DNA of 64,000 nucleotides, taken from assembly GCA_000708835.1 (NCBI GenBank), contig DF237083.1:62001-126000 (forward strand), given 5' to 3'. Each line of letters starts with the position of its first letter. The stretch's first letter is position 1. The notes under the pieces were generated by a model, which was not told the origin of the DNA, did no database searches, and saw only the letters and a program-made list of their open reading frames with translations. A program made the position numbers and the translations under genes. This document shows positions 1-12,229 of the stretch, piece by piece. The stretch is from Klebsormidium nitens. Taxonomy: Eukaryota > Plantae > Klebsormidiophyceae.

Positions 1-231
1 GCAGCCTAAAGGTTGACTTCTTCTTCTGAAGGGGCCCGTTGAAGCCGTTCCCACTCAAAAACCCTTTGGCCCAGTCCAAGAAAGGTGCCCCCCTGTTTGG
101 TGTGAAGAAGCCCTGGTAGGGTCAGCTGATGTGAACAAGCCCGGAAACGAGCAGCTCAACGTGCGAGGCTCATGCAGAAAGGCCCAGTGTGAACAAGTGC
201 ATTGCGAATAAGCGCTGGCTGACCCGGCACC

Positions 232-3200
232 ATGTGTGCAAAGGTGGCGCCGCTCCCGGGGGGGGTCCCCGGTGGGCCGTTTTACACCCCCTGCCAGCAC
301 CTGCAGCTGTTCAAGCTGCACCGGGGGGCGGGGGCATATGACCTGCTGCCAGAGCTCTTGCAGAGGGGTGCGAATACCTCCCCACAGCGGTGTGAACACC
401 CCGGGTGCTGCACTGGGCTTGGTAGGTTGTACTCGTGTTTGGCATGTGGGGGGGTGGGGTGCTGGGGGCCGAAAGAGCAGCATGCAAGGGAGCACGCTTT
501 GCAGGGGGGTGGTCACGAGATAGCGGTCGACGTCCAGCGGAAAGTGCTGTTCTGTGGGGCGTGCGGGGACGTCGTTTACGACCCCGAGTTCGATGCGGTG
601 GTCCGGGAGGGGTTGGCGGCGGATGTCAGCTACAGGGAAAAGTTGGAGAGCAACCAGGGGCGATACGATTTGCCGGCGGCGAACTTTCCCCGGCCAATCA
701 AGCGGCGGAAAAAGATGGCCAAGCAAAAGGACTGGGACGGGGGGGCGATAGCTGGGGAGCGACCCATCACACCTGAATTGAGAAACGGGTTCCCGGCGGG
801 CTTGAGGGGCCTGAATAACCTGGGAAACACGTGTTTTATGAACTCGGTGCTCCAGGCGTTGTTACACACCCCCCCGTTGCGGAACTACTTTCTGAACGAC
901 CGGCATAACCGGGCGGTGTGCCAAAAAGATGGGGCGCGGAATTGTTTGGGGTGCGAAATGGATAGCATGTTCGGAGCGGCATTCTCGGGGAATCGCGCGC
1001 CTTTCAGCCCAGCGGACTTCCTCTACAGGTGGGTTTTAAAGAGAAAAGTCTAGGTAGCATTTAGGACTGGGTCTAAATGCCTCGCATGAGGACAAGCGAA
1101 CAGAAGAGGGCTTGCATTTGCCTCGCAAGAAATGTCTCAGGTTGCTTGGAAGCCTGCTCATGCTTTCTTAGCCAAACCATAACAAAGAACCGAGAGATAG
1201 AAGGGAACAATAGATAACAAACAGAAAAAGCACAGGGATGGGGATGGGAAAACTTTGGACGCCGCGTCGATGGGTAATGAATGTGGATGCTCATTTGTTT
1301 CAGCTAAGTGCAAGTTTCTTTGTAAACCCGTGTTTAGCTGGTGGTGTAATGAACTCATGGATCTTGCTGGGTGCGAGCTTTAGAACCCTGGAGTTCTGCT
1401 TTCATATCCATATCTTGAGGTGATTGTTCAAGCCCCATTTGTGCAGAGGCTGCCTCGCATACTGCTTCCCTCTTCCCTGACAGAATGCAGAGTCTTGGGG
1501 TAGTTAAAGCTCAGAACAAAGCAAGAAGCTGTCCGGCAGGTTGTCAATTCTCACAGCTCAGGCCGGCGCAGCTTTGATTTGGCTGCTGCAACGTTGCACT
1601 CTTACTTCGGTCTCAGTCTCTTTCTTTCTTTTTGAGGTATTTTGAGGAATTCCAAAAACCCATGTCGCAGCTCGGATCCTTGCTTATTCTGTCAGTGTCT
1701 TGCTGAACTCTGGTGTACTGCCTTGATAGCATCCCTGCACTCTTGGCTCGATTCCTTTGGCAACCGTTTCGCGGAACCAGCACTTCAAGACCCGGTCAGC
1801 ACGCCAGAGCTGTGAAGTTCAATACTCAGCCAGTGCTAACCCATATTCTAACCATCCACCACGCAGCCAGTGCTAACCCATATCTAACCATCTTTGCAGC
1901 TGGTGGCGACACGCGGAGGATCTGGCGGGGTATGAGCAGCAGGACGCGCACGAGTTCTTCATTTCGACGGTGGATGGAATTCATGCGAACGCTGGCACGA
2001 TGTCGCCCATGGCGCGGCGGCCTCAGGGACACAGGTACGCAATGACTTCTCTAGAATAGTTATGGTAAGCCTCGGTATAGTAAGAACGGAGCTAACACTG
2101 GAAATCCAAACCCCATCAGTCACCCCCCCTCCGCAACCCTACCCACCCTAACCCCCATACTAACCTTACCCGTCCCAGTACTATGACTTGAGCTTACTAT
2201 ACCTAGTCTAGAGAATGATAGGTGCGGACTGGCCGCTTGCTCCTTTGTTTCTGCGACTGATTGTTGGTGTGTTCAGGAGATTTGTATCTTTCCTTGGGTA
2301 GTGCCGCAAAAAACGAGTCGTAATTTTAAGGATGCTTGAGATAGATCTTTCTCGCTCACATCTCCATAGTAAGAAGCGGACGTCAGCAACTTGGTTCAAC
2401 CTCTGAACGGTCTGGACGCAAGCTTCATCTGGCCGGTTTGTCGTCTAGCAGTTTCCGTGCAACTTGTGTCCGGACCGTCCGCCTGTGTCTCCGTTTCTGA
2501 CACAAGTCTTGTCTTCTTTCTCGAATAGCCCATTGCATGCTTTGCTGCAGTTGGCGTGAGTATGTTGTTGCAGAAGTCTTCAGGTTAACTAATGTGTAGC
2601 GGGCATCAGCAGCTTGATTATATGTTATTGAACGGTGTGTTCGCAAGTTTTGTTTGGCCGTTTTGTCGAGCGGCGATCTTGGCTCATCATGCATGAGATG
2701 TTCCTTCGGGGCCGTTCTTTGTCAAAACGCTTTAACCATCACAGGAGGCATTCAAACGGTTGCGAATTTCCAAGAGGCGGCCAGGTGCTAGTTCTGCTTT
2801 CTGGCCATGCTTCCAATCCCAATTTTTGTCAAGCCTTCTTCTATTAATGAGTGGCAATCACAAGTTCAAAGCTTCCTGATTCGCATTGTTTTCTCGTTCT
2901 CTCAGCCTGAATGTTCGTATTTCGAAGGCGTAGTCTCGTGGACACTCGTGGACATACTTTTGAATCCCGAACTCTCTCCTTTCTCCCAGATACTGCTCCG
3001 ATTGGGTCCAATTGAGTGTCCGGATTACCTTTTGACACTCTCGATTGGTCAGATCCTTGACGGTCGCATCTCCTTCCCCTGACCATCTCCTTGCCCTTAA
3101 GCAATAAAAGGCTCCGAAAGCATCCACTTGTCATCTGCAAAAGTTCTCAACTGTTTAGAAATGTCACACCGAGCTCCGTGCATTGTGCACAAAAGCTAAT

Positions 3201-4411
3201 CTCCTGCTTCTGGAGCGGTTTCATCGATTTCTCTCGTCGTAAACCTGACGTCGTTCATTTTCCTGTCCAGGGTGGGTGACGCCGAGTGCCGCTGCATCGT
3301 GCACAAAGTTTTCTCGGGCGTTCTTCGCTCTGACGTCACCTGCACGGTCTGCGGCTTCACCTCCACCACGTGCGACCCGTGCGTCGACGTGTCGCTCGAC
3401 CTGGAACCGCCCAACCAGGAGCCGACACGTGACAGGCTCTCGAGCGACTCCAGCACCGGCCCCGGGCCTAGCAAGCGTCATCCTGACGTCAGCAAGAAAG
3501 GGCCGGCGGCAGGGAAGAAATGGAAGGGCCGGGGGGGGAAGCGGGGCAAGCAGGCGAACGGCCACGTGGTGGCCGACAAGGAGGTACACGTGGCGGCTGT
3601 GACGAGGGGCCACGTGGCGGCCGAAGAGGGGGAGTCGTCCGCGGCGCTGGGGCCGGGGACGGCGTCGGACTGCGAGGGGGGGGTCGCGAGCACAAGCGGG
3701 AGCACCCCCCCGAAAGAGGAGCAGGAGGAGGCGAGTTTGGTGGGGTGTTTGAACCGGTTCACGCGGCCGGAGCGGTTGGGCAACAACGAAAAGTTCCACT
3801 GCCAGCGGTGCCAGCAGCGGCAGGATTCGACGAAGCAGATGTCGATCCGGAAGTTGCCCCTCGTACTGTGCCTGCACATCAAGCGCTTCGAACACTCGTC
3901 GTCGAACAAGACCTCCCGAAAGGTCGACCGCTTCCTCAAGTTCTCCTCCTCCCTCGACATGACGCCGTACCTCTCGTCGACGATCGTGCGATTGCGTCAG
4001 CGGCACCGGGAGGTGCCGGACCTGAACCTCGCACCGGACGCCGTTCCGGCCGCCTCGCTTCCGGGGGAGTTCCGGTCGACGGCCGGAACAGACCTCGAAC
4101 CCAGCCCCTGCCCGTTGTACGACCTTTTTGCGGTCGTGACGCACTCGGGCCGGCTCGACTCGGGGCACTACATCGCGTATCTGAAAGGGGAGGGGGAATG
4201 GTACAAGTGTGATGACGCGTGCGTGACGCGGGTCGACGAGGAAATTGTCAAGGGCTCGCAGGTCTACCTGCTGTTCTACGTGCAGCGCGCGCTGAAATAC
4301 GACGCGAGGGGAGGCCTCCCGAGCCCCGCGCCGCTGCCGCGGATTGAACCGACGGTCGAGCCGTTGCCCGGGTTCCTGAACGACGGCCGCGGTTTTGCGA
4401 ACGGACTGTAG
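232..4411 (+). CDS. UBP22: Ubiquitin-specific protease 22 (zf-UBP + USP catalytic domain; SAGA DUB module). Exons 232-1028, 1900-2034, 3271-4411
   Basis: N-terminal zf-UBP (CLACG...H...H...CGACGD), Cys box [23 protein letters not shown] and His box [17 protein letters not shown] joins restore [24 protein letters not shown] with consistent phases. Confidence 0.93.
1827..1892 (+). repeat. Direct ~30-bp duplication of the branch-point region just upstream of the UBP22 exon-2 acceptor
   Basis: cagccagtgctaacccatattctaaccatc (1827-1856) and cagccagtgctaacccatatctaaccatc (1864-1892); acceptor AG at 1898-1899. Confidence 0.85.
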
Positions 4412-6012
4412 ACGGAAGAGAATTGGCTCGATTTCAGAATACGTTCGGAAACGGAATTGAGGCTGCTTCGTTGCGCCGGTCGCTTGTAATGGAGACAGTC
4501 ACAGCCGTTAAGCAGTGTGGTCAAGAGCTCGGGCTGCGCAAAACGTATCAATGTGCCGTGCCTGTGCTAGAGTGCACGCATTCCGCATGAGAGCATCTCG
4601 TGAGTCGATTTGACGCCGTCCATTGGCCCGTCATGTGGACGTTGCGATGCAAGTCACACAGGGTACCATTTTGTTCCCTGCCGCCAGCTAATGTGCCATG
4701 TGAGATGAGCATGTTGAGCCCTCTTGTGTTTCACTCCGTATATGCGCACCTTACTTCAGCTTGAGCTAGTGACACAATTGGGCACGGGAATAAAAATGCT
4801 GCAACTATAAGTACAGTTGCTTGTGTTTGGCGACAGAGTCGTTGTCAAGGGCCTTCGATTATACATGCATGTTGACCGCTGCAGTTGAGCTAGCGTCGCA
4901 GCCAGCGAATGGCAATGATCGATGCACCAACGAGCGGGCCTTGAAGCGGAGTGAGTTGATATGACGTTGGACTGCTTGGATTTAAGGTGCATCTGCAGAA
5001 GAATCAAGCCATCTGTGATCGGCTGCACATGATTCCTCTCTGGCACAGAAGATTTAGTTGTCGGGCGGGGCATGCTTTGCAGCCAGGAGCCGCGGATGGA
5101 CCTTTCATTGCACACGTAATAAGTGGGGCGGCCACCCGCCTAGTTACTAAGTACCGTCATCGGACACAGGAGGTGCGGCTACCGGCCCCAGCCCGCAACT
5201 ACACGTTGATGCAGCCGTCCCCCATTATGTGCGGGTTGGAGAACGTCCCGAGGGACTCTGGATCCAAAACAATGTGTCATCCTCCTTTCGCACTTTATTG
5301 TCAATGCACGGGATTCCCCGGAGAGATTATCAATCAGATATGTTGGAAATGGGATTGAACTGCATGCATGACGATTCACAGCCTTCAAACGTCTGTCCGG
5401 CCGGTTAGCCTGATCCATGGTCGATTCACGTGCTCGCCACAAAGGCCAGCTTTCTGTGAACACGCCCCCGGCACGTGGTGTCTACCAATGTAAAGCTGGC
5501 GATTGAACGAATATCTGAAGATCCAGAAGAATTGCTCGCAAGCTAGCGTTGGCCCGTCTGCGCGTTTGAGAAGCAACAAGGACGTTCTCCGTTGACAAAT
5601 CGTAGCCACCCAGGCCAGGCCACTGGTCTAGCCTTCTCAAGGTATACATGCAGGGTATACACAAGGAGTGTGTGTAACGTACATATTGAGCTTGCTCAAA
5701 CTTCCTTCCACCGGACCCTATACATGAGTAAAGGCAAGCTACTCAGGTTCTTCAAACAGTTACCCTGTCTTGCTGTACTCAGCTGTTCGCTTTGTCAGTC
5801 CAGCTTCGCGTCGTCTTGCGCATACCTCCAGGAAACACGCAGAATGTGATAGGATTTCTTGATGAAAGCAACTGCAAAACCAACTACCAACATCAGCCCC
5901 ACCTCAGCAATACGTTGCTAGGGCAAGCCCTACAATGCAACGATAGAACGATTCATGCAATCATTTTATTCAATCCTAGCCATATGTGCTGCAGCTTAAA
6001 AGCTCTGGGCAA

Positions 6013-6420
6013 TTACAAATGTGCAGCAGGTTGCAAGATGGTCATTTCGAAGCCCTCATATCTTCCAAGTTTCGCCTCCTGGGCATCCCATTTGCGGTCC
6101 CATTCCTTCCACTCCCGCAAGATGGCGTTCTCTCTTTCTCGGACGGCTAGTAATTTTTCCGACTTCGTTAGTAAGGGTGCTGCTTCTCCAGTGCCTGCAC
6201 AGCTCGCCAAGAGTCTCTTCCGTTCCCGAACCGCCGCCTCATATGCCCAACGACATTTCATAAACTTAATCATTGCCTCTTCCAGTTCTGCCATCTTTGG
6301 ATGCCTGTTGCTTCCTGGTTCTGTGCGGGGGCAAGACCTCCTTGTGACGTCTCTCAGCGACGTGAGCGCGGCCGGGCCTCGCGCCCGCTTGGTCGGCCGC
6401 GGACGGCGGCCGCCCGCCCT
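6013..6420 (-). CDS. Possible coding exon of an unknown helical protein
   Basis: Open frame extends upstream of ORF 6013..6294 to an AG near 6421; charged helical composition (AAVRERKRLL...REWKEWDRKWDAQEAK). No family recognised and no other exons found. Confidence 0.22.
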   Translation of the reverse strand, partial: RAGGRRPRPTKRARGPAALTSLRDVTRRSCPRTEPGSNRHPKMAELEEAMIKFMKCRWAYEAAVRERKRLLASCAGTGEAAPLLTKSEKLLAVRERENAILREWKEWDRKWDAQEAKLGRYEGFEMTILQPAAHL

Positions 6421-6668
6421 ACTAGTAAACCCTGTCGGAACCCGCGCCGCGCACGTCGCGCGGGTCGGCGCCGCGCCGGTTCAAAATCGAAAGCCCTGCA
6501 AAACCGACCTGATACAGGAGTATCAGAGATGTGGTACTCTGTAATACAGTAGCTGGTGTCTTGACGCTTTTGTTTAATCTCCTATGTTGTTGCCGGCGTG
6601 CTTCAGAACAAGAAACTCCAACTAAAGCACGAGCTAGTCGCGCCTCAAGTCAACAACAAGCGAGCAAT

Positions 6669-6980
6669 ATGGCATCCGCTTTACTGACACCAGGACACAT
6701 GCCCACGGCCTTTTGTCGACAATGGATGGACGAAGGTCTCTCAAATCACGATTCAAACATGCAGCCGAAGCAGTTGTTAAAGAGAATGAGGTTTGCAGGG
6801 TTGGAGAAGAGAGCATCAACCCGTCACTTAAGCGTCAAAGTGGCTGCTGCACAAGGAGATTCTGAAGAGAAATCCACGGCAGAGGAAGCTAACGCAAGGG
6901 TAGATACGAAAGGAGAAAAAAAGAAGGAAAGGAAAAAGAAGTTGGAAAAACCGACTCGGGAGAGGAAAGAGAACCTGGCT
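6669..6980 (+). CDS. Possible first exon of an unknown, perhaps plastid-targeted, protein
   Basis: ATG at 6669 (MASALL...), basic/Ser-rich N-terminus followed by a Lys/Glu-rich stretch, ending at a good donor GCT|GTGAGT. Downstream exons could not be joined in frame. Confidence 0.28.
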
Positions 6981-8640
6981 GTGAGTCGATCAAAACTCTC
7001 CTCTGTTCAGGCTTTTCTTATACTTCTCGATTGTCGCACAGGCCAGTAGGTCTCTTGCAGCAGAGGGATCGGAAATGCGTCCTCTAGCCCACTGGGATTG
7101 AGAAAGTCCGACTACATGTCAGACACTCTTTGAGATTTGGATGTGGGCCAAGCTTTACGAGAATGTTCTTTAAGGAGAGAATCCACGTGGGCTCATGCCG
7201 TCAATATCAGCCGCAAGCTACACTGAAACACGCTATCTTCGAAATGGCCAGGCCTACGATTGATATGTCCCCGGAACCTTGCAATTCTAAATCTCCGTTC
7301 TATGCAGTAATAGGATCTAGATGGACGGCTCTGCCGCGGCTACTCTACAAAAGTCTTGGCGGAGGGGCGCAAAGAACTTACTTGCATTATACGCCAGATC
7401 GTCCGACCGACTGGTCTTGATTTGCAGAGGGTTTCGTGTCCTTCGACTACTAATGGAGAAACTTTCCAAAAGTGGGGCCCATATATGCATCTAATTAGGA
7501 GTATTCTTCGGCCGAGTGCTGCAAGCAAGCGGCAGAACTGATTCCTAAGCTTTTGCACTTGTCTTTGCAAGGTCAACTTGCTGTGGACCGTCTATAGATT
7601 CTTGAACCGGCGGGCCCTTCTCATCAGAGCAATTGAGGTGGGATTCTGGTCATACATTTTGCTTCGCAAATATCCGAAACTACGCGGCCACCCCAGAAGC
7701 AAGTGTCTTGGAGTGCATATTGGATGCTGCGAAGAAGCGCACCTAAGCTAAGTCTTCATGGGAGCTCCCTACTTCAGTACGATGAACGGATGTTAGGTAG
7801 ATTGGCTTTTACTTTCTCAATAGCATCCGATGGAGCGGCGATGATTGTCCGAGCTTGCAGCATCGGGTGCGAAACGCAGTGACAGCGCCGCTGTCTTCCA
7901 GCCAACCATGCCGCAACTAGCTGGCTCACGTAGCTGCTTACATGATCGACCGCTTATATCATGGCTAGTCAAGAGCCTCGATCGTCGACTTCGTGCATCC
8001 ATACTTTTTGATCCCCATGGAGCTGGTGACAACCTGAGTTGCAAGGAAGGGAATGTGCCACAAGTACGCGCACCCTCCACATGCATGCCTAGGAAAGCTT
8101 AGTGCAAAAACACAAATTGCATCGAGCATGCCAACATATATCATCTGGCATGTGCACACATGATACTAATTTTTGGCCAGATAAGCAACCGTCAGTACAG
8201 AAAGTGTGAAGCTACTAACGAGAAGCCGTGGCCACATCCGCGGCGGCCATGCATTTGTATGCGTAAGAGTCTACTTCTGATCACACCACCTGCCCTTTCG
8301 GCAATAATGAATTGCCTTACAGATCAATCTTTCACATGTAGGATGCACAATTTATATTCACTATTGCATAAACAACCAGTTGAATCCGACGGAAGGGTTA
8401 GCTGCTTGTGTAACTGATAAACGTAGCGAGGGGCATGCCAGAACCACAGTCTCAGCAGCTTAAAGCCTGGGAAAAGCCACTTCCATGGCTCGTGAGGACG
8501 TTCAAGCGATAACCAACTTGAACCTTTTAGAAAGGGCAGCTTCAAACGGATCGCTTGTCAATGGGCAACCAAGAATCGAATGTTTCCGCTGCTACCTCCA
8601 TATCTATTGCATGCCGCTTTTTAGAATAGAACCGTTATGA

Positions 8641-11600
8641 CTAGATCTCCACCACAGAATCACCCTCCCCGGGCGTGGTCAAATACTTAAACTCTTCGGG
8701 AATGTTGGCTACCTTCCACCAGCCCCCTCGAGCGTGTTCCAAAGCCTTCGACCGCTTCCGTGACTCCCGGGGCTTGATGCCCTCCGCGATTTCCCGTTCC
8801 CTCTTAACCGTGAGCAACCTAGCAACCTGCAACAAATGCAGAAAGAAGGAGATAAGGAACAATGTCACAAAAAAAGGGCTTTGAACGGATCGTTACGGCT
8901 GGTGCTTCTGAATGATCTGACTGAATGTATCTCGCTCTTTTCCGCGGCACTTCGTAGCCGGAAATTTGGTCAACAGACAAAAAGCTCTCGAGATACTCGT
9001 GAGCCCTTCGAAGGCTTTATTGTCCCAAATAAAGATCGTCCAAAGGCGGCTACAACCCACTTTGAAGGACTCAATTCCAAAGCGGCAATGGACTCTCCTT
9101 TTTGATGCACCTCCACGAGAAAAGCCTAAGGCACTTTCTCTTTTGAAGTCCAGGGCAGCCTTCAATCAGACGAGCGCGGTAAGAACCACCCACAAGGAGA
9201 GCCACGTACCACTCGGAACGGTTCAAGCGAACAAAACTCCTTGTCTAAGAACCCCGTTACCAAGTGCAATTAATGTAGGTCGACCTCGCAATGTGCCAAT
9301 CAATTAAGCCGATTCCAGCTCTCAGCATCTTCCGAAGGGCAAAAAATCAATCCCTTTCAATCCCCTACCGAGCGGCCAGCAATTGTGAAAAGAATGTCAA
9401 CCAAAGCTGAGCCCACTGCATCTGTTGGACTGAACAAACTCACCGTCTTCCGAAGCGCATCGAACCGATGCGTTTTGATCTCCTGCCGGGCAGCCAGTTG
9501 CATCCGCAGGAAGAAGAGCTCCATCTTGCAGTCAGCCACCTTCTGGTCGAGCTCCTCATCGGTCCAGGACCGATACTCCGCAACCTGGAAACGGATTGGA
9601 AAGACTTGAGCTGACTCTGAACGGCCTTTGTCTCTGCGTACCCTGTAGAATCGGCCTGTTGTCGGTACCCACCTCAGTCTCGCAGCCCCTTTTGCGATTC
9701 CGGAATGCCTTGAAGCCGGCTCTGAGAACTGTGAAAGGTATTTGGTCTGTGGTGGGAAAAGAGGGCCAAGAACTGCTGGGCTCCACTCAACAGATTAAGA
9801 GACAAAGAAAGGGAGGGGAGAGGTTTTGGCAAGGTGTTCAAACTTGGCTGCAAAGTTTTCGGATACATTCCGGCCCATAAAAGCAAGGCAGAACTTGGAC
9901 GAAAGGTCACAACTGTCTTCAGCGAGCAGGTAGGAAACCTTGTGCCTGGTTCAAAGACTACAGCGGCGGTACGACGGACGCATTACACAGCTAAGGTATC
10001 AGCCTGTGAGAGTCCTGGGACGCGGCAGAATGACGAAAGGACGCAAAAAGGCAACAGCGAAGAATGTAGACATTGCAGACTTGAACTTAATGGGGCAGCC
10101 CTTACTCTCAGGAACAAGTCACGGGCCTACTCACGCACAGTTTTAAAGAGCTGAATTGTTGCTTGCAGTGTGTTCACAGAATTGCGGCACTTTGATGTAT
10201 CCCAAAAGCATTTCCCTCTGTTAAGAGTTTCGTCCCTGCCTCACAGTCAATCAATGACAAGAACCCGCCGCTTATGAGTCCTCGAGGATGCAAAAGAACA
10301 AGTCCAACGATCAGTGCGGCACCATCTCCCGATAAGTTCGGCTCGCAATTGACTGAATATTTCCTCCGGCATGCGGAAGCCTATTTAGTTTAATTTAGTT
10401 GGATACATAATCCAAAGAGCGCTTTCTCCTCACCTGCTCTTTCGTTTTCAATGTGGACCCCATCGTGATTGACCGGTGGCAGTGCATCGGGACCGCTGTC
10501 TTTGTTGCGGCCCGGAACGTTTTTGGAAGAGCCACAAAGGCGCTCTGGGAACTAGGGGAGGCCCTCGCCTGGAACGGCAAGCAAGTAGTGTGTCAAAAAA
10601 GCTGTCAAGCATCAGAGCATTTCCTGGTGGCGACAATCTCCTTCCATGACCACAAGGGCACCGGATAGCCGCAGGGTGTTTCAAATTTCGATCTCCGGTC
10701 AGCTGGAGCGTTCTGCTTCAAAGCCTGTGTACGAGGATCTGTGGCCGTGTTTTTCGCCTTTTTCCCAACATTGTGGGGCCCATTCATTCGCAAGCCAGCG
10801 TTACGTACTCCTCGCTTTTGACAACAATGCTAACCGCTGCAGCTATCAACAGCGCACGAAAAAAGCTCCTGGAGTTCAGCACAGGGCCGCCCATCGATTT
10901 GTGAGCCAGCTATTACACTTTGCCAAAGTTGGGAAGATCACGAATGAGCAACAGTGCCACAAATAAAGGTAGTCAGAACCCCAAAACGCCTCAACTACGA
11001 ATTGTCCATTGGGGCTCCTCCTCGACTATTTGTGGCAGCCTATGCAAGCTCAGAACGAGTACGTACTCCAGAGCAACAGGGATGGCAAGACCGGCTGCAT
11101 TGCATATAGTCCGCTCGCCATTTGTTCCAAGCAATCTTCCATACTTCGGGTCACCATTGGCAACTTCGAATATACTCGAGTACATTCTTCCTTTGTACTC
11201 ACCATCAGGTTTAAAGCCTCTCATCCCTACGAAAACCTCTCAAGGTGATTAGCATAATGTTACTCTCACTTCAATCAACGACGTCGTGGTGGGGCCTGTC
11301 TACTTGCCTTGACAGCAAAGGCCGGAGTTGACTGGAAAGCAAACAATCTGACCGCTGAACATGGGCAGAGCCACAGCAAAACCCCCCCCATAGCTCCAAA
11401 ACCATTACCATCATTCATCACGGACATCGAACGACATTGCTGACGATGCCAACAAACCGCAACATTGAAAAGGGGCCAGTGCAGCATAGGAAATGTACCC
11501 GCCACCCGCTGGCCGAATCAGAAAAAAAGCAAACCCTTCAGAGCTCCACATTGCTGTAGTAGCTCAAAAGCAAAACAGTTTAATGACGGCATATCACTGA

Positions 11601-11694
11601 GCATTACCAAAAGGCTTACCGTGGAAGAAGCGAGGCCGCTCCCTGCAAGATTCAGGGCCCCCATGGCGCAAGATGCGTGAGCGAGGGCAGCCAT
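8641..11694 (-). CDS. RPL29: Plastid ribosomal protein L29 (uL29c) with transit peptide. Exons 11694-11620, 10568-10434, 9584-9444, 8826-8641 (178 aa)
   Basis: All-phase-0 GT-AG joins give MAALAHASCAMGALNL...KTKEQVAEYRSWTDEELDQKVADCKMELFFLRMQLAARQEIKTHRFDALRKTVARLLTVKREREIAEGIKPRESRK, matching the plant plastid L29 signature ARxLTVKREREIxEGI. Confidence 0.9.
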
Positions 11695-12049
11695 CGTTAA
11701 GCCCCTTATGTAACAACGCCTCTTATTCTGCAAATGTACAGATGATGTTGCCTGCGGGAGGTGCCCCGTCCGCTTATCCAACCCAGAAGCCCCTGCCCTC
11801 TCCCTTTCCTCTTCTCTTCTGGGTGACCCAATCTCCCTTCTTCCGGCGCTTGACGTCCTCGGCTCTGTCTAGGGTTCACCCTTCTTCTTGCATGAAGTTC
11901 TTCTTCCTTCGTCAGACAAGATGGTGTGATTGAATCCTATCTTCCGAATTTGTATTTCCTTATTTGACACTTTCAAACGACATTGGTAAATTCCTCCTAT
12001 CTACTATGATCTGGTGTCAACCACGAGGGCATTCGCAGAGGGGATTTGC

Positions 12050-12213
12050 TGGGCCCAAGCCTGCTCACCCGTGCACAAATGCCACCTGAATTCATGCCGG
12101 CTAGGACCACAGCTAGCCTCAGGCTCAGGCCCAGGGCGTTCACTTCAGACAACTTTCTCTCTCTGGACACAAATTGGTGTGAGGGCCAGACAGGATTGCA
12201 CGTGGACTGGGCT
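12050..12213. promoter_or_regulatory. Cluster of site II-like motifs (TGGGCY) in the RPL29/RTF1 divergent intergenic region
   Basis: TGGGCC 12050-12055, GGCCCA 12052-12057 and 12128-12133, TGGGCT 12208-12213. Site II motifs are typical of plant ribosomal/housekeeping promoters; function here is inferred. Confidence 0.3.
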
Positions 12214-12229
12214 CATACTTCCCGCCACC

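Noticed and set aside
2101-2180. Degenerate CCCTAA-like tract in UBP22 intron 2
   Set aside because: Too irregular to call interstitial telomere; C-rich low complexity explains it.
55-4212. Alternative-frame and antisense ORFs over UBP22 (55..726, 3221..4168, 3520..4212)
   Set aside because: They overlap a well-supported gene and are explained by high GC3 codon bias.
9673-9728. Candidate extra RPL29 exon (LRAGFKAFRNRKRGCETE) with AG/GT borders
   Set aside because: It is 56 nt and starts in phase 1, so it would break the frame; exons 10568-10434 and 9584-9444 join cleanly without it.
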